Shown here: positions 49,834 to 59,673 of the stretch, piece after piece
How positions within the stretch are numbered: the first letter of the stretch is position 1
Layout: each line of letters starts with the position of its first letter
Assembly: GCA_029856045.1 (NCBI GenBank)
Contig: JAHQWG010000028.1
Span: 192,001-256,000, forward strand
DNA length: 64,000 bases
Direction: 5' to 3'
Source of the DNA: Promethearchaeia archaeon
Lineage (GTDB): Archaea > Asgardarchaeota > Lokiarchaeia > Sigyniarchaeales > SOKP01
Made by a program: the position numbers and the translations under genes
Notes under the pieces: generated by a model
The model's database searches: none
What the model was told of the DNA's origin: nothing
What the model saw: the letters and a program-made list of their open reading frames with translations, nothing else

Positions 49834-50704
49834 TAGCTACATAAGTCAAAGAGTTATAAATACGAGTAGTAATTAAAGTTAATATTGGAAGCTCTAAGAA
49901 AAAGGTGATTATTGTCTCCGCAAAATAGAGTGTATAAGACCAATATTTCCAAAGGACTGAATAATGGGGAATTATTAATAATAAGATATAGTAATTAATA
50001 ATATCTATAAAGACCCAAGGCACAGTGAATATTAAGAAGAAGAATAAGAGAGAGATAAAAATACGTTTCCAATTGAGACTTAACAAACGCCAATTCTCAG
50101 AGAAAGCTTGTTTTATTCCGCCTTGTGCGGTTAAACTTGGATATATTTGGATAAATAAAGTCATCCAAAAAAGATTGAAAATACATAGAGTAATATTTAT
50201 TGTCGCATAGGAAAAAACATGGTAAGGTAAGGTTTCTGGTTCTATAATTGGATGCCATAATATTGAACTTATGATTCCTCCATAAACTAAGGGTCCAAAA
50301 TTAAGGAGGAAGAACAAAAGAATATATTGCCACCAATATCGACGAAAGTAGTGGAAAAGACTTTTAAATTTGGTGAATAGGTTACCACTCGACATAATAT
50401 CATAAGATAAGCCAAAAGAGCATCCAAAAAATACAGAATATACTATAATTCCGATTAAAGATCGGATACTCGCTATTATTGATAACCAAACTGGATTATA
50501 GGGAAGAGAATCGCCACCATTAAAAACTATCACAACATTCCATAAATCCCATGGTTGCGGCTGAAATAAGAGAAAAATTATAACACTGATTATTTGAGCA
50601 CTCAAAAACGGTTTGAAATTGGACTTATACAACTTCCAACTTAATTTAAGATCAACCAGCGCCTCGTGTGTATGACTCTGAACTTGTAACCTTTTCTTAT
50701 TCAC
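49811..50704 (-). CDS. Hypothetical integral membrane protein
   Basis: About 6 hydrophobic segments; IKQAFSENWRL motif; overlaps the HTH gene. Confidence 0.7.
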   Translation of the reverse strand: MNKKRLQVQSHTHEALVDLKLSWKLYKSNFKPFLSAQIISVIIFLLFQPQPWDLWNVVIVFNGGDSLPYNPVWLSIIASIRSLIGIIVYSVFFGCSFGLSYDIMSSGNLFTKFKSLFHYFRRYWWQYILLFFLLNFGPLVYGGIISSILWHPIIEPETLPYHVFSYATINITLCIFNLFWMTLFIQIYPSLTAQGGIKQAFSENWRLLSLNWKRIFISLLFFFLIFTVPWVFIDIINYYILLLIIPHYSVLWKYWSYTLYFAETIITFFLELPILTLITTRIYNSLTYVASEVDEKK

Positions 50705-51014
50705 CGGATTACATATCTCCTTCTTTATATTTATTTAATTCTTGGGAAATTACTTGTAGAATCTCTACTGGACAGAAATTTTTTATTTTGCTTTTTTTAC
50801 AAAATGAAAACAGTAAGCGGAATATATAAATTTTAGCATTTGCAAAATATGCAAAATGGAATTTTATTAAAAAAACTGTTTTCTAAAAATAATAAAAATG
50901 AAAAATTGAAAGAGTTTAAGGTAATACATCCTCTTTCTCTTCTAGAATAGAACTAAATTTTCTAAACCCTAAGAATAACAAGAAATATGTAGTATTTTAA
51001 AAAAGATATTAAAT

Positions 51015-52205
51015 CTAAAGATAATCATTTTTGACTCGCGTAAATATTGTGAGTATAATTATTAGAATTCCTATTATTATAAAAAACGCAAAAATGTTCC
51101 ACATTACTATGATTCCAATAAAAGGATAAATAATTGCTTGGATAAGACTTCCAAACATATTAATAGTGCTAAGAACAGTTGCCCGATTTTCAGATTCAAC
51201 CTGACTATTAATTCCATTTATAAATAGTAAATATCTTGGATACCCAAATGCTACAATAATCAATATAACCACAATACCCAAAAATATATTGGTGGTTAAA
51301 CCTAAAAAGATATACGAGAAACCAGTTATTAAATTAAACAAAATTAAAAGTTTGATTTTACTTTTAATCCGTTTTGAAAATTTTGGTATTAAATTAATAA
51401 AAATAGCATCAATAATATTCATCATAGAATTAATAAGACCAAAAAATAAGATATGAACATTAATTTCTTGGAGATAAGGCTGATAAGTCCAAAATAAAAA
51501 AAATATTAACACATTTATGAATAATCTATCAAAACATAGAATTCTTAATATTTTATTTCTTTTAAGTTCTCTAAAACCATCCTTAATTATACTCAAATAT
51601 CTTTCTGATTTATTATGATTTTTATATTTAGGTTCTTTGAATGTCAATGACGCAATAAACGCTCCCATATAAACAAATGCTAAACACGTCATAGAAAATT
51701 GGTATGAAATAAACACTGCAATAATTGACCCAATTGGAGCAGAAAGGGTTAATGCAATCAAATTCATTGTTCGATTTCTTGCTAAAATTTTTGGTAGTTC
51801 ATCTTCTTTTCCTAACTTTCTCAATGTATTATATAAAAAAGCTTCTTCGGTGCCTGACATTAATGCTAAACCTAGAGCCCAAAAAGTCTCTGCAAATATA
51901 AATAATAGAAAACTCGGAAAAATACTATATAAAATCGCTGCAAATGCTACCGAAAGTGCAGATAACGATAACGCAGGTTTTCTCCCAATATAATCCGCAA
52001 TGGCTCCTGATGGAATTTCAAGAAGAAATACCATAAATGTAAAATAACTTTGTAATAACATTATCTCAAAAAATGTAAGCTGCCCCCAAATAGTGAAATA
52101 CGGAATAAATATACCCCTAACCGTATGTATACCTAAAATGAAATGGAAGATATACGATTTATAGATGTTTGATTTAAATTTTCTGTTATTTGCTTCTAAT
52201 TGCAT
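51015..52205 (-). CDS. MFS transporter
   Basis: LEIPSGAIADYIGRK (motif A), SGTEEAFLY, SENRATVLS; about 12 TM segments. Confidence 0.9.
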   Translation of the reverse strand: MQLEANNRKFKSNIYKSYIFHFILGIHTVRGIFIPYFTIWGQLTFFEIMLLQSYFTFMVFLLEIPSGAIADYIGRKPALSLSALSVAFAAILYSIFPSFLLFIFAETFWALGLALMSGTEEAFLYNTLRKLGKEDELPKILARNRTMNLIALTLSAPIGSIIAVFISYQFSMTCLAFVYMGAFIASLTFKEPKYKNHNKSERYLSIIKDGFRELKRNKILRILCFDRLFINVLIFFLFWTYQPYLQEINVHILFFGLINSMMNIIDAIFINLIPKFSKRIKSKIKLLILFNLITGFSYIFLGLTTNIFLGIVVILIIVAFGYPRYLLFINGINSQVESENRATVLSTINMFGSLIQAIIYPFIGIIVMWNIFAFFIIIGILIIILTIFTRVKNDYL

Positions 52206-52285
52206 GTTATTATGCTTTAATCATACTTAAAAAATTAATAAAATTTTTGATTTTTTTTTATAAGAAATCGTTGTTATGGATGCTT

Positions 52286-52372
52286 TTATGCAATCCACCC
52301 TATATCTAGTTCTTCAAGCTTTATTCTTGTTAGAATTCCATTCTCATCAAAAAATTTCCTTCCAATTTTTCG
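52286..52372 (-). pseudogene. Possible C-terminal remnant of an aldehyde:ferredoxin oxidoreductase
   Basis: Reads RKIGRKFFDENGILTRIKLEELDIGWIA*, like the AOR tail 'GWDENGIPTxEKLEELGL'; no start codon. Confidence 0.45.
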
Positions 52373-52376
52373 TTAT

Positions 52377-52865
52377 TTACCATTCGATTTCATCTCCAAT
52401 TTGTTTCAATGGCCAAATCCAGTAAGATTTTCGCTTTTTGACACCTTTTTCTTTTAATTCTTTAAACAATTTGATTTTTTGCTCTTCTATTAATCCATCA
52501 GGGTCAAATAAAATTTTTCCATCATTCATACAATCCAAAATTAGGTCAACTTTATTCTGAATTAGGTTTTTAAACTCAGTTTCCTTAACCCATATTGAAT
52601 CTATACCAGAAAGAGACAATCCCATCAAATCTAATTTTACTTCAGTTAATTTTTTATGATCTTCAGGAATTTCATTATCAGAAAAAATTACGATTAAATC
52701 AATATCACTTAATTTTTCTTCTGAATGAATAGCTTTATTTCTTGCTAAAGAACCAAATAAAATTATTCCCTTTATTCTTTTTCCTGTTTGGAATAATTTA
52801 TTAAAATATTCATTTAGTATTTTTAAAAAATATTCATCTTTAATAAACGAAAGATTTATACCCAT
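52377..52865 (-). CDS. Minimal nucleotidyltransferase (MNT) antitoxin
   Basis: GIILFGSLAR...SDIDLIVI...GKILFD. Confidence 0.88.
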   Translation of the reverse strand: MGINLSFIKDEYFLKILNEYFNKLFQTGKRIKGIILFGSLARNKAIHSEEKLSDIDLIVIFSDNEIPEDHKKLTEVKLDLMGLSLSGIDSIWVKETEFKNLIQNKVDLILDCMNDGKILFDPDGLIEEQKIKLFKELKEKGVKKRKSYWIWPLKQIGDEIEW

Positions 52866-53377
52866 TTTTTTAACTCATCCATTAATTTTTCAAATTGCAT
52901 TAATTCATCAATTTGTTTATCCGTTAATTTAAAAGATTCCTTTAGCAAAACCAAAAAAAAATTTATAATTATTCCAAGATATTTAAGAAATTTTTCAATG
53001 TCTTTGATAGTAGAATATATTTCCTCAGAGATTATTAATTCTCCATTTTTAAATATTCCATATCTAGTCTTTGTGCCCTCTTCTTCAAAAAATTTAGAAT
53101 AATTACAGATTTGTTTGAGTATTTCCCTTGTTTTTTCATCTATATTAATAGATTCTTCATTTTTGAGAACATCTTTTAATATAATAGATGGTGTATGCGT
53201 TTTAATACTTTTTATTCCCATTAAATTCAAAATTGATTTGTTTAATTTCTCTACGGCAAATTGACACCTAAAAGCAATATCTGCAAAATCCTCCGTTTTA
53301 AGATCCTTTAAAACTCTATCTATATCATGTATAGCTGAAATAATCCACTTTCTAGCTTGGGAAAAATTAGTTTCCAT
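52856..53377 (-). CDS. HEPN-domain protein
   Basis: WIISAIHDI, AFRCQFAVEKLNKS, KTH, TRYG; overlaps the MNT gene. Confidence 0.82.
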   Translation of the reverse strand: METNFSQARKWIISAIHDIDRVLKDLKTEDFADIAFRCQFAVEKLNKSILNLMGIKSIKTHTPSIILKDVLKNEESINIDEKTREILKQICNYSKFFEEEGTKTRYGIFKNGELIISEEIYSTIKDIEKFLKYLGIIINFFLVLLKESFKLTDKQIDELMQFEKLMDELKKWV

Positions 53378-53548
53378 TCCTTAATCATTATAAAAAAGAT
53401 TAATTTCCTTATTAAATATTTGATATTACTAATTAAATTATTTAATAAAAAAAATCGTTATTTCTTGTAATTAAATTAATTTTTCATGCAATACTAGACA
53501 TAATTAACATAAAAAATATTCTTAAAATAAAATTAATCGAGAATTATT

Positions 53549-53749
53549 ATGAAAGATCAAAAAGAAAAATTAAAAAAGTATTTACAATATTGGAACGACC
53601 ATAATTCTTCACATTTGGAAAAATTAAATGTTCGAATTGAAATGGCAACTGAAATGGGTTTAAAAGAAGTGGCTGAAAAAATCAAAGAAGCGGTTGAATT
53701 TATGAATAAAGCAAATAAATCATTATTAGAAGCATTTAAAATGGTATAA
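53549..53749 (+). CDS. Small helical protein with WxxHNxxH motif, possibly metal-binding
   Basis: KLKKYLQYWNDHNSSHLEKL. Confidence 0.6.
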   Translation: MKDQKEKLKKYLQYWNDHNSSHLEKLNVRIEMATEMGLKEVAEKIKEAVEFMNKANKSLLEAFKMV

Positions 53750-53882
53750 TATTGTAAAAATATTTAGCATTAATGTCTATAGTATAAATAGTTTAAGATT
53801 CTTTAAGATAGAGATAAAATATTTATTAAGATTAAACAATTTATAATAATTGCATTGGAATAGAAAAATATTAATAAAAACT

Positions 53883-53980
53883 GCCTCAGTTGCTTAGCCT
53901 GGTAGAGCGTTGCCTTGGTATCAAATCCGTAGGTTTAAACAGAAAGGCAAAGGTCGCGGGTCCGACTCCCGCCTGAGGCT
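53883..53980 (+). tRNA. tRNA-Thr(GGT) with a 37/38 intron (about 53921-53944)
   Basis: Acceptor GCCTCAG/CTGAGGC, D-arm GCTTAGCCTGGTAGAGC, anticodon arm TTGCC-TTGGTA^A-GGCAA, T-arm GCGGG-TCCGACT-CCCGC. Confidence 0.88.
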
Positions 53981-53994
53981 CAATATTCGAAAAA

Positions 53995-54162
53995 GTCGGT
54001 GTGGCTAAGCTTGGTTACTAAAGCGCTAAAAAGCGTTAGCGCCAACAAGCGCCAGACTCATAATCTCTTATGAAGAATTGGGTCAGAAAATAAGACATCT
54101 GGAGATCGGGGGCTCAAAAAAAAAAGCACTTCGCTTTTATTGAGTAGATCCCCCCACCGACA
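53995..54162 (+). tRNA. tRNA-Met(CAT), elongator-like, with three introns (about 54018-54046, 54063-54096, 54118-54147)
   Basis: Acceptor GTCGGTG/CACCGAC; anticodon arm CCAGA-CTCATA^A-TCTGG; T-stem GGGGG/CCCCC; removing three BHB-like inserts gives a normal cloverleaf. Confidence 0.82.
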
Positions 54163-54240
54163 CTCTTTCTTTCTTTTAAATTAATTAATATTTTCGCCAA
54201 CATAGATATCTTTTAATAATGTGGTATCAATTTTTTTGTT

Positions 54241-55803
54241 ATGTATAAATTGAATAAATTAAACTTCTCTAAAACAATTTCCAGTTCCCAAATGGCTTCA
54301 GAGGATAATAATTCTGAATGGTTGGGTATTCCCAAGAATTTATTAATGGAATGTGCAGGTTATTCATTCACTCAAAATATTATTGAATATTATAATTTGA
54401 AGCCATATCAACGAGTTATTATATTTTCTGGGCTTGGTAATAATGGTGGTGATAGTTTTGTAATTGCTCGTCATTTATCGAGTATGAAAATATATGTGGA
54501 TTTAATTTTAATAGGATTACCTGAGAAAATAAGAACGGAGGAGTCGCGATTAAATTGGAATATAATTCAAAATCTAAAGTTAGCGATTCAAATCAGAATT
54601 ATAAAGGATTCTTCAGAATTTAAAAATCTTCAAGAAGAGTTAAATAAAATCAAGTTTGAATTAATTATTGATGGACTGCTGGGAACTGGCATTAAAGGAA
54701 AAATAAGAGAACCAATATCATCTGCTATTGATTTAATTAATGAATTTCAATCTAAAGGCATTAAAATCACCTCTATTGATGTACCCTCTGGAATGAATCC
54801 TGATACTGGAACTATATTGGATAAAGTAATTAAAGCTGATTATGTGATAACTTTCCATAAATTAAAAAATGGTTTAAAGGAAAATACTGAATATGCAAAA
54901 AAGGTGGAAGTATGTCCAATTGGAATACCACTTGAGGCAAACCTATTCGTTGGTAGGGGTGACTTAATACCAACAATTAAAATTCACCCCGAATCTTCGC
55001 ATAAAGGTGAAAATGGCAAAATATTAGTAATTGGAGGAAGTAAAGATTATTCTGGGGCACCCGCATTAGCATCCCTGGCAGCAATTAAAATAGGGGTAGA
55101 TTTAGTTAGAACATTTGTACCTGAATCAATCTCAGAAATTATAAAAAAATATTCACCTAATCTAATTGTAAACCATGGGAGTGGAGATTATATTTCTGTT
55201 GAACATTTGGCTTCTCTAAAAGAATTGATTGAATGGGCTGATGCAATTTTAATCGGTCCAGGAATGGGAATTAATAATATTACTCAAGAAGCAACCTTAA
55301 AAATATTAGATATTTTATCTGAATTAAACAAACCTTGTGTTATTGATGCTGATGCCTTGAAATTAATTAAAAATAATCTTAAATTAATACAACGTTCCAA
55401 TATCATATTAACACCACATGAAGGAGAATTTAAGATAATGACTGGAGAATCTCTACCTCCAATGGAAAATTTTATTGAAAGATTAGAGAATGTCTCAAGA
55501 GTCGCAAAAAGATATGGAGCGACATTTTTAGTTAAAGGGAAATATGATCTAATATCTAACGGTTTAGAGAGAAAAATTAATCAAACAGGATGTTCCCAAA
55601 TGACCGTAGGTGGAACCGGTGATATCCTTGCAGGATTGTGTACCGCATTTATGTCTGTGAAAAATAGCGCTTTCAACTCAGCATGTTCAGCGGCTTTTTT
55701 AAATGGATTAGCTGGAGAATTATGTTTAGAGGAAGTTGGAGATTTTTTCACAGCCTCCAACATGATAGATAAAATTCCAGCGACTCTAAAAAAAATATTA
55801 TAA
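54241..55803 (+). CDS. nnr: Bifunctional NAD(P)H-hydrate epimerase/dehydratase
   Basis: LMECAG, GLGNNGGD, IIDGLLGTG, DVPSG, SHKGENG, IGPGMG, VIDADAL, TPHEGEF, GGTGDILAG. Confidence 0.95.
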   Translation: MYKLNKLNFSKTISSSQMASEDNNSEWLGIPKNLLMECAGYSFTQNIIEYYNLKPYQRVIIFSGLGNNGGDSFVIARHLSSMKIYVDLILIGLPEKIRTEESRLNWNIIQNLKLAIQIRIIKDSSEFKNLQEELNKIKFELIIDGLLGTGIKGKIREPISSAIDLINEFQSKGIKITSIDVPSGMNPDTGTILDKVIKADYVITFHKLKNGLKENTEYAKKVEVCPIGIPLEANLFVGRGDLIPTIKIHPESSHKGENGKILVIGGSKDYSGAPALASLAAIKIGVDLVRTFVPESISEIIKKYSPNLIVNHGSGDYISVEHLASLKELIEWADAILIGPGMGINNITQEATLKILDILSELNKPCVIDADALKLIKNNLKLIQRSNIILTPHEGEFKIMTGESLPPMENFIERLENVSRVAKRYGATFLVKGKYDLISNGLERKINQTGCSQMTVGGTGDILAGLCTAFMSVKNSAFNSACSAAFLNGLAGELCLEEVGDFFTASNMIDKIPATLKKIL

Positions 55804-55922
55804 AAATCATTAAATCTCCAATCTATTTTACACATAAAATTTTATATATTTTTAAATTATTATAATAAATAGTAAAGAATAAAAAAATAATCACTATAAG
55901 TATAATAAGGGTTAGGGTTATA

Positions 55923-56744
55923 ATGGTTCAAGTCTTCAAAATTTTAGATACCGGGGAAACTGAAGAAATTAAAGATACTGGCAATCCAATTAAGGATATC
56001 CTAGACATTTCTGAAGTATATATTATAATCAGCGAACATCGGGATAAAACAATTTGGTTATGGAAAGGTGCAAAATCATCGGTTAGAAGAAAATTCATTG
56101 GAGCCCAGAAGTCGCAGGACGTTCGAGGGCAGGTAGGAATGCAATATTCAGTGTTTCCTGTAGATCAAGGCGAGGAAAAACCAGATTTTATAAAAATTAT
56201 TGGGGGTAATCCCAGTGAAGGATTTGCGAGAGAAATTAAAGATGATAGTGCTGGACTAGAGACTCATCCTTTAAGGCAAAAGCAAATTTTTGAACCACCA
56301 GAACCAGCAGAAGGGATGAAAATCGGACCATCACCTCAGGCTCAAGCTGGAATAGGGCCTTTATATACTGGAGAGGAATCAATATCTAAATATTTAGAAC
56401 CGAATACTGTTGATTTTAAATCGGTGATGCAAAAATTAGAAGAAATTGCTACTCCGGAAGGTTTCGAAAGAGAAATGATTATTATTGGCTCCCAAACCTT
56501 TGCGGTTGTCGAAAAAGTTCAAACATTTTTGGGTAAAAAACAGATTGAGAAAGTTATTGAGCGTATTAGTTCAATCCCTGAAGGTGTTTTTTTTGCTGAA
56601 GGCTATACGCCTCGAATTTTATCAGAAAATGGAAAAGTCTTAGCTGTAGAATTTTTAAAAAAATCAAATAGTAATAAAAATAATAATCCTAATAAAAAGA
56701 ATATCTTAAAAAATCAAATAAACCAACAATTAGGTTCTTCCTAA
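55923..56744 (+). CDS. Single-domain gelsolin-like protein with extra C-terminal domain (1DGelX-like)
   Basis: ILDISEVYIII...IWLWKGAKSSVRRKFIGA...VDQGEEKPDF fits a gelsolin repeat; then a Pro-rich linker and a second domain. Confidence 0.75.
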   Translation: MVQVFKILDTGETEEIKDTGNPIKDILDISEVYIIISEHRDKTIWLWKGAKSSVRRKFIGAQKSQDVRGQVGMQYSVFPVDQGEEKPDFIKIIGGNPSEGFAREIKDDSAGLETHPLRQKQIFEPPEPAEGMKIGPSPQAQAGIGPLYTGEESISKYLEPNTVDFKSVMQKLEEIATPEGFEREMIIIGSQTFAVVEKVQTFLGKKQIEKVIERISSIPEGVFFAEGYTPRILSENGKVLAVEFLKKSNSNKNNNPNKKNILKNQINQQLGSS

Positions 56745-56841
56745 TAACAAGAATTTAAAATAAATGATATTAACAAAAAAATATTAAGTCACTTTAATTG
56801 TATTCTATAAAATTAAATAATTTTTAAAATAAAATCTAATA

Positions 56842-57234
56842 ATGAGCGATTTAACACCACAAGAAGCTCAGAATTTATCCGAGTTCTTAGGAAATATCAC
56901 TGAACATACTGATTTAGAAGCATTGGCGTTAGTTACTCGAGAAGGTTTAAGACTTGCTTTTTCATGCGTTCCGGGTTATAACATCAATCCTGATTTATTT
57001 TCGTCTATGAGCGCTGTTGTATTAAAAAGCGGGGACGATGCTATTCAAGCACTTGAATATAATGATCTTCTTGAAGTTATTCTTCGAGGAGATAACGCAT
57101 TCATAATTTTAAGCAACGCTGGACGATTCTTCCTAATGGGAGCAAGTAGAGAGATTAAAGATTTAGGAAAAATAGTCTCAGTCTTTAGATACTATTCAAA
57201 AGAAATCTCTAATAGATATCCAAAATTATCTTAA
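56842..57234 (+). CDS. Roadblock/LC7 protein
   Basis: EALALVTREGLRLA...DLFSSMSA...EVILRGDNAFIIL...DLGKI. Confidence 0.85.
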   Translation: MSDLTPQEAQNLSEFLGNITEHTDLEALALVTREGLRLAFSCVPGYNINPDLFSSMSAVVLKSGDDAIQALEYNDLLEVILRGDNAFIILSNAGRFFLMGASREIKDLGKIVSVFRYYSKEISNRYPKLS

Positions 57235-57478
57235 AATTACCTAATTCTTTAATATTTAAGGAAAATATTGTTATTACAAAGCGTACAAATCTTCTAAGTT
57301 TCATAATTTTTTTAAAATACACAAGACATATATTTCAAAATTTTATTAATATTGAGTAGAAGTCCGTTTAAAATTTTTTAATGATTAAAAATAAATTATA
57401 AATAAGAATTCTAACATTTTATACTAATGAATATTTATTATGTTCTCAAAGGAATATTAATATTATAAAGGGTTAATC

Positions 57479-59644
57479 ATGTCTAAAGAGCCAATAATGT
57501 TGTTTGTTGAGGTTTTTGATTCAGATTCTGCAAAAGTAATAATCTCTAATGAGAATCTTGAAAAATTAGGTGTTAAGAATGGAGATATTGTTGAAGTTAT
57601 AGATAAAGATACAAATAAAACTACATCAGCATTTATTGAGGGCTCTACGAATGTTCTTGAATTTGCTGGTAAATTTTCTAAATTGATATGTGATAAATTA
57701 GGTTTTAAAGGAGTGGAATTAGGTGTTCAAGTAAGATCTGATATTTCCATAACTCCTGAGCTTACTCCCTCTGAAAAAATTTCAATTCCAGTAACCCCAC
57801 CTACTGAAATAAAACCCCCTAAAATTGAATTCGATATTGAACAACCGCAACCAATGAAACCTCAAACTCCCACTTATGCACCTCCAGAACCACAACTACC
57901 AATTCCTGGAATTACTCCCCCACCGTCCCCACCTGGATTGACTCCAACGCCACCACCCCCTCCACAACCATCACCAACATATGCACCTCCAAAACCGCAA
58001 ATGCCAACACCTGGATTAACACCCCCACCACAACCACCACAAATAGACCAATTAGGAGTTCAACCAAGTGGATTACCCGAAACTGAGATAGCTCCTGCTT
58101 ACACCAATCAAATTGATATATATACTTTGCAGACTCAAAAAAGTGGCTTAATTTTAACACCAAAAGTAGTCGATGATATGGAAGGAAGGATTCATTTAAG
58201 TGAGAATAATCTCCGAAAATTAGGATTGGGTGTAGGAATGTTAATTGCATGGGAAGATCCCTTGACACGCTCTGTAGGTTCAGCGAGAATTTCTATGGGT
58301 CTTAACGTTCCAGATAATCAAATCATAATGGATCAAAATACAAAGGAAGATACTAATCTCCTTTCTGATCAAGTTGTAGTTTTTTCTACTGAACCACCCA
58401 TTCAGAAAATGGAGGAAATTTCCCTGGAAGTTAATTCAAAACCAGAACTTAGTGGTTTTTGTCATGTTAGCCCTAGGATAATGCATTCACTCTCTGTACA
58501 ACCTGGTAATATCTTAGCTTTTGAAGACGAATTAACTGGCGCTATTGGAGCTGCAAAAGTTCAAATTAATGAAAGAATGCCCTCCAATCAAATTGTTATT
58601 GATAATGAGATATTAGAAGCTTCCGGAATCGGTAGTTATGAAGTTATTGTAAGAAAAAACCCAAGACAAATTATTTCTTTACAATCAATAACTTTAGGTT
58701 TAAGTCCAATTAAAGGAGAAAATATGTGGGAGCTTGTAAGTACAATACGTCAAAACGTTGACGCCTTAAAAAATTGGCTTATGAATTATATAATATTTAA
58801 AGGAATTAAATTAAGATGGAATGTAGCCAATGTTGCATGTTCTGTCATAGATTGCATACCTGATTTAACAGGAGATATTTTTGCACAAGTATCTCCAAAT
58901 ACTACATTAAGCTTGAGTCCAACGGGTCTTATTCCGTTTAATGCAATATTAATTATTGACATTAGTAGGAGTATGATGGCGCGCGATGTAGAAATTAGAA
59001 ATATTGCTCCTGCAATCGAGGGAATTAAGGCAGCCATGTATTCCCCAGAAATTCAAGAATTTTTAAAAAAATTTAAGGAAGGTATTTCAGTTCCACGTCG
59101 AATAGCAGCCGCTTTTGCAGCAGTTCTATTCTTAAGTGAGAAAGTGGGAAGAGGATTCGGAGAAAAAGTGAGTGTTATACGTTTTGCTGATGAAGCGCAA
59201 GTATTACCCTTCCAAGGAGGGTTGTATATGGATTCTGCCAGCGGTGAAAAAGGAATTCTTGAGGATTGTGCTCGAATGATTGTTGATAGGATTGGGAACG
59301 CTTATGGTCAAGCAACAAATATGGGTGCCGCAATGCTTGCAGGAAGGGAAGTTCTATACACTTTTGAACAAATAAATCCCGATCAGCCAACAATGTTAGT
59401 AATATTAACTGATGGTGTTCCTACCGATGTAGATAATTTTCTTGAAGCTATTAAGCAATTCAGTGAAAACCCAAATGTTGTAATATATATTGTAGGTCTG
59501 GGAAATCCTGATGATCAATTAATGAATAGAGCTGCTAATTTATGTGGTGGAGAATACTTTAAACCAAATGATGCAGGGGAATTATTGATCTGGTACTCAA
59601 AAAGGGCAAGAGATCTAACGGTAAAACTTAAAGCTCATAAATAG
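57479..59644 (+). CDS. Protein with CDC48-N-like barrels, a proline-rich region and a C-terminal VWA domain
   Basis: MIDAS DISRS, TNMGAAM, VILTDG, IYIVGLG, GGEYF; three 'hSxxxhxxLGhxxGDhh'-type blocks. Confidence 0.8.
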   Translation: MSKEPIMLFVEVFDSDSAKVIISNENLEKLGVKNGDIVEVIDKDTNKTTSAFIEGSTNVLEFAGKFSKLICDKLGFKGVELGVQVRSDISITPELTPSEKISIPVTPPTEIKPPKIEFDIEQPQPMKPQTPTYAPPEPQLPIPGITPPPSPPGLTPTPPPPPQPSPTYAPPKPQMPTPGLTPPPQPPQIDQLGVQPSGLPETEIAPAYTNQIDIYTLQTQKSGLILTPKVVDDMEGRIHLSENNLRKLGLGVGMLIAWEDPLTRSVGSARISMGLNVPDNQIIMDQNTKEDTNLLSDQVVVFSTEPPIQKMEEISLEVNSKPELSGFCHVSPRIMHSLSVQPGNILAFEDELTGAIGAAKVQINERMPSNQIVIDNEILEASGIGSYEVIVRKNPRQIISLQSITLGLSPIKGENMWELVSTIRQNVDALKNWLMNYIIFKGIKLRWNVANVACSVIDCIPDLTGDIFAQVSPNTTLSLSPTGLIPFNAILIIDISRSMMARDVEIRNIAPAIEGIKAAMYSPEIQEFLKKFKEGISVPRRIAAAFAAVLFLSEKVGRGFGEKVSVIRFADEAQVLPFQGGLYMDSASGEKGILEDCARMIVDRIGNAYGQATNMGAAMLAGREVLYTFEQINPDQPTMLVILTDGVPTDVDNFLEAIKQFSENPNVVIYIVGLGNPDDQLMNRAANLCGGEYFKPNDAGELLIWYSKRARDLTVKLKAHK
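57869..58030 (+). repeat. Intragenic proline-rich duplication
   Basis: PTYAPPEPQLPIPGITPPP (57869) and PTYAPPKPQMPTPGLTPPP (57974), 105 nt apart. Confidence 0.8.
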
Positions 59645-59673
59645 TAGATATAAATAAAATTTTCCAAAAATTT

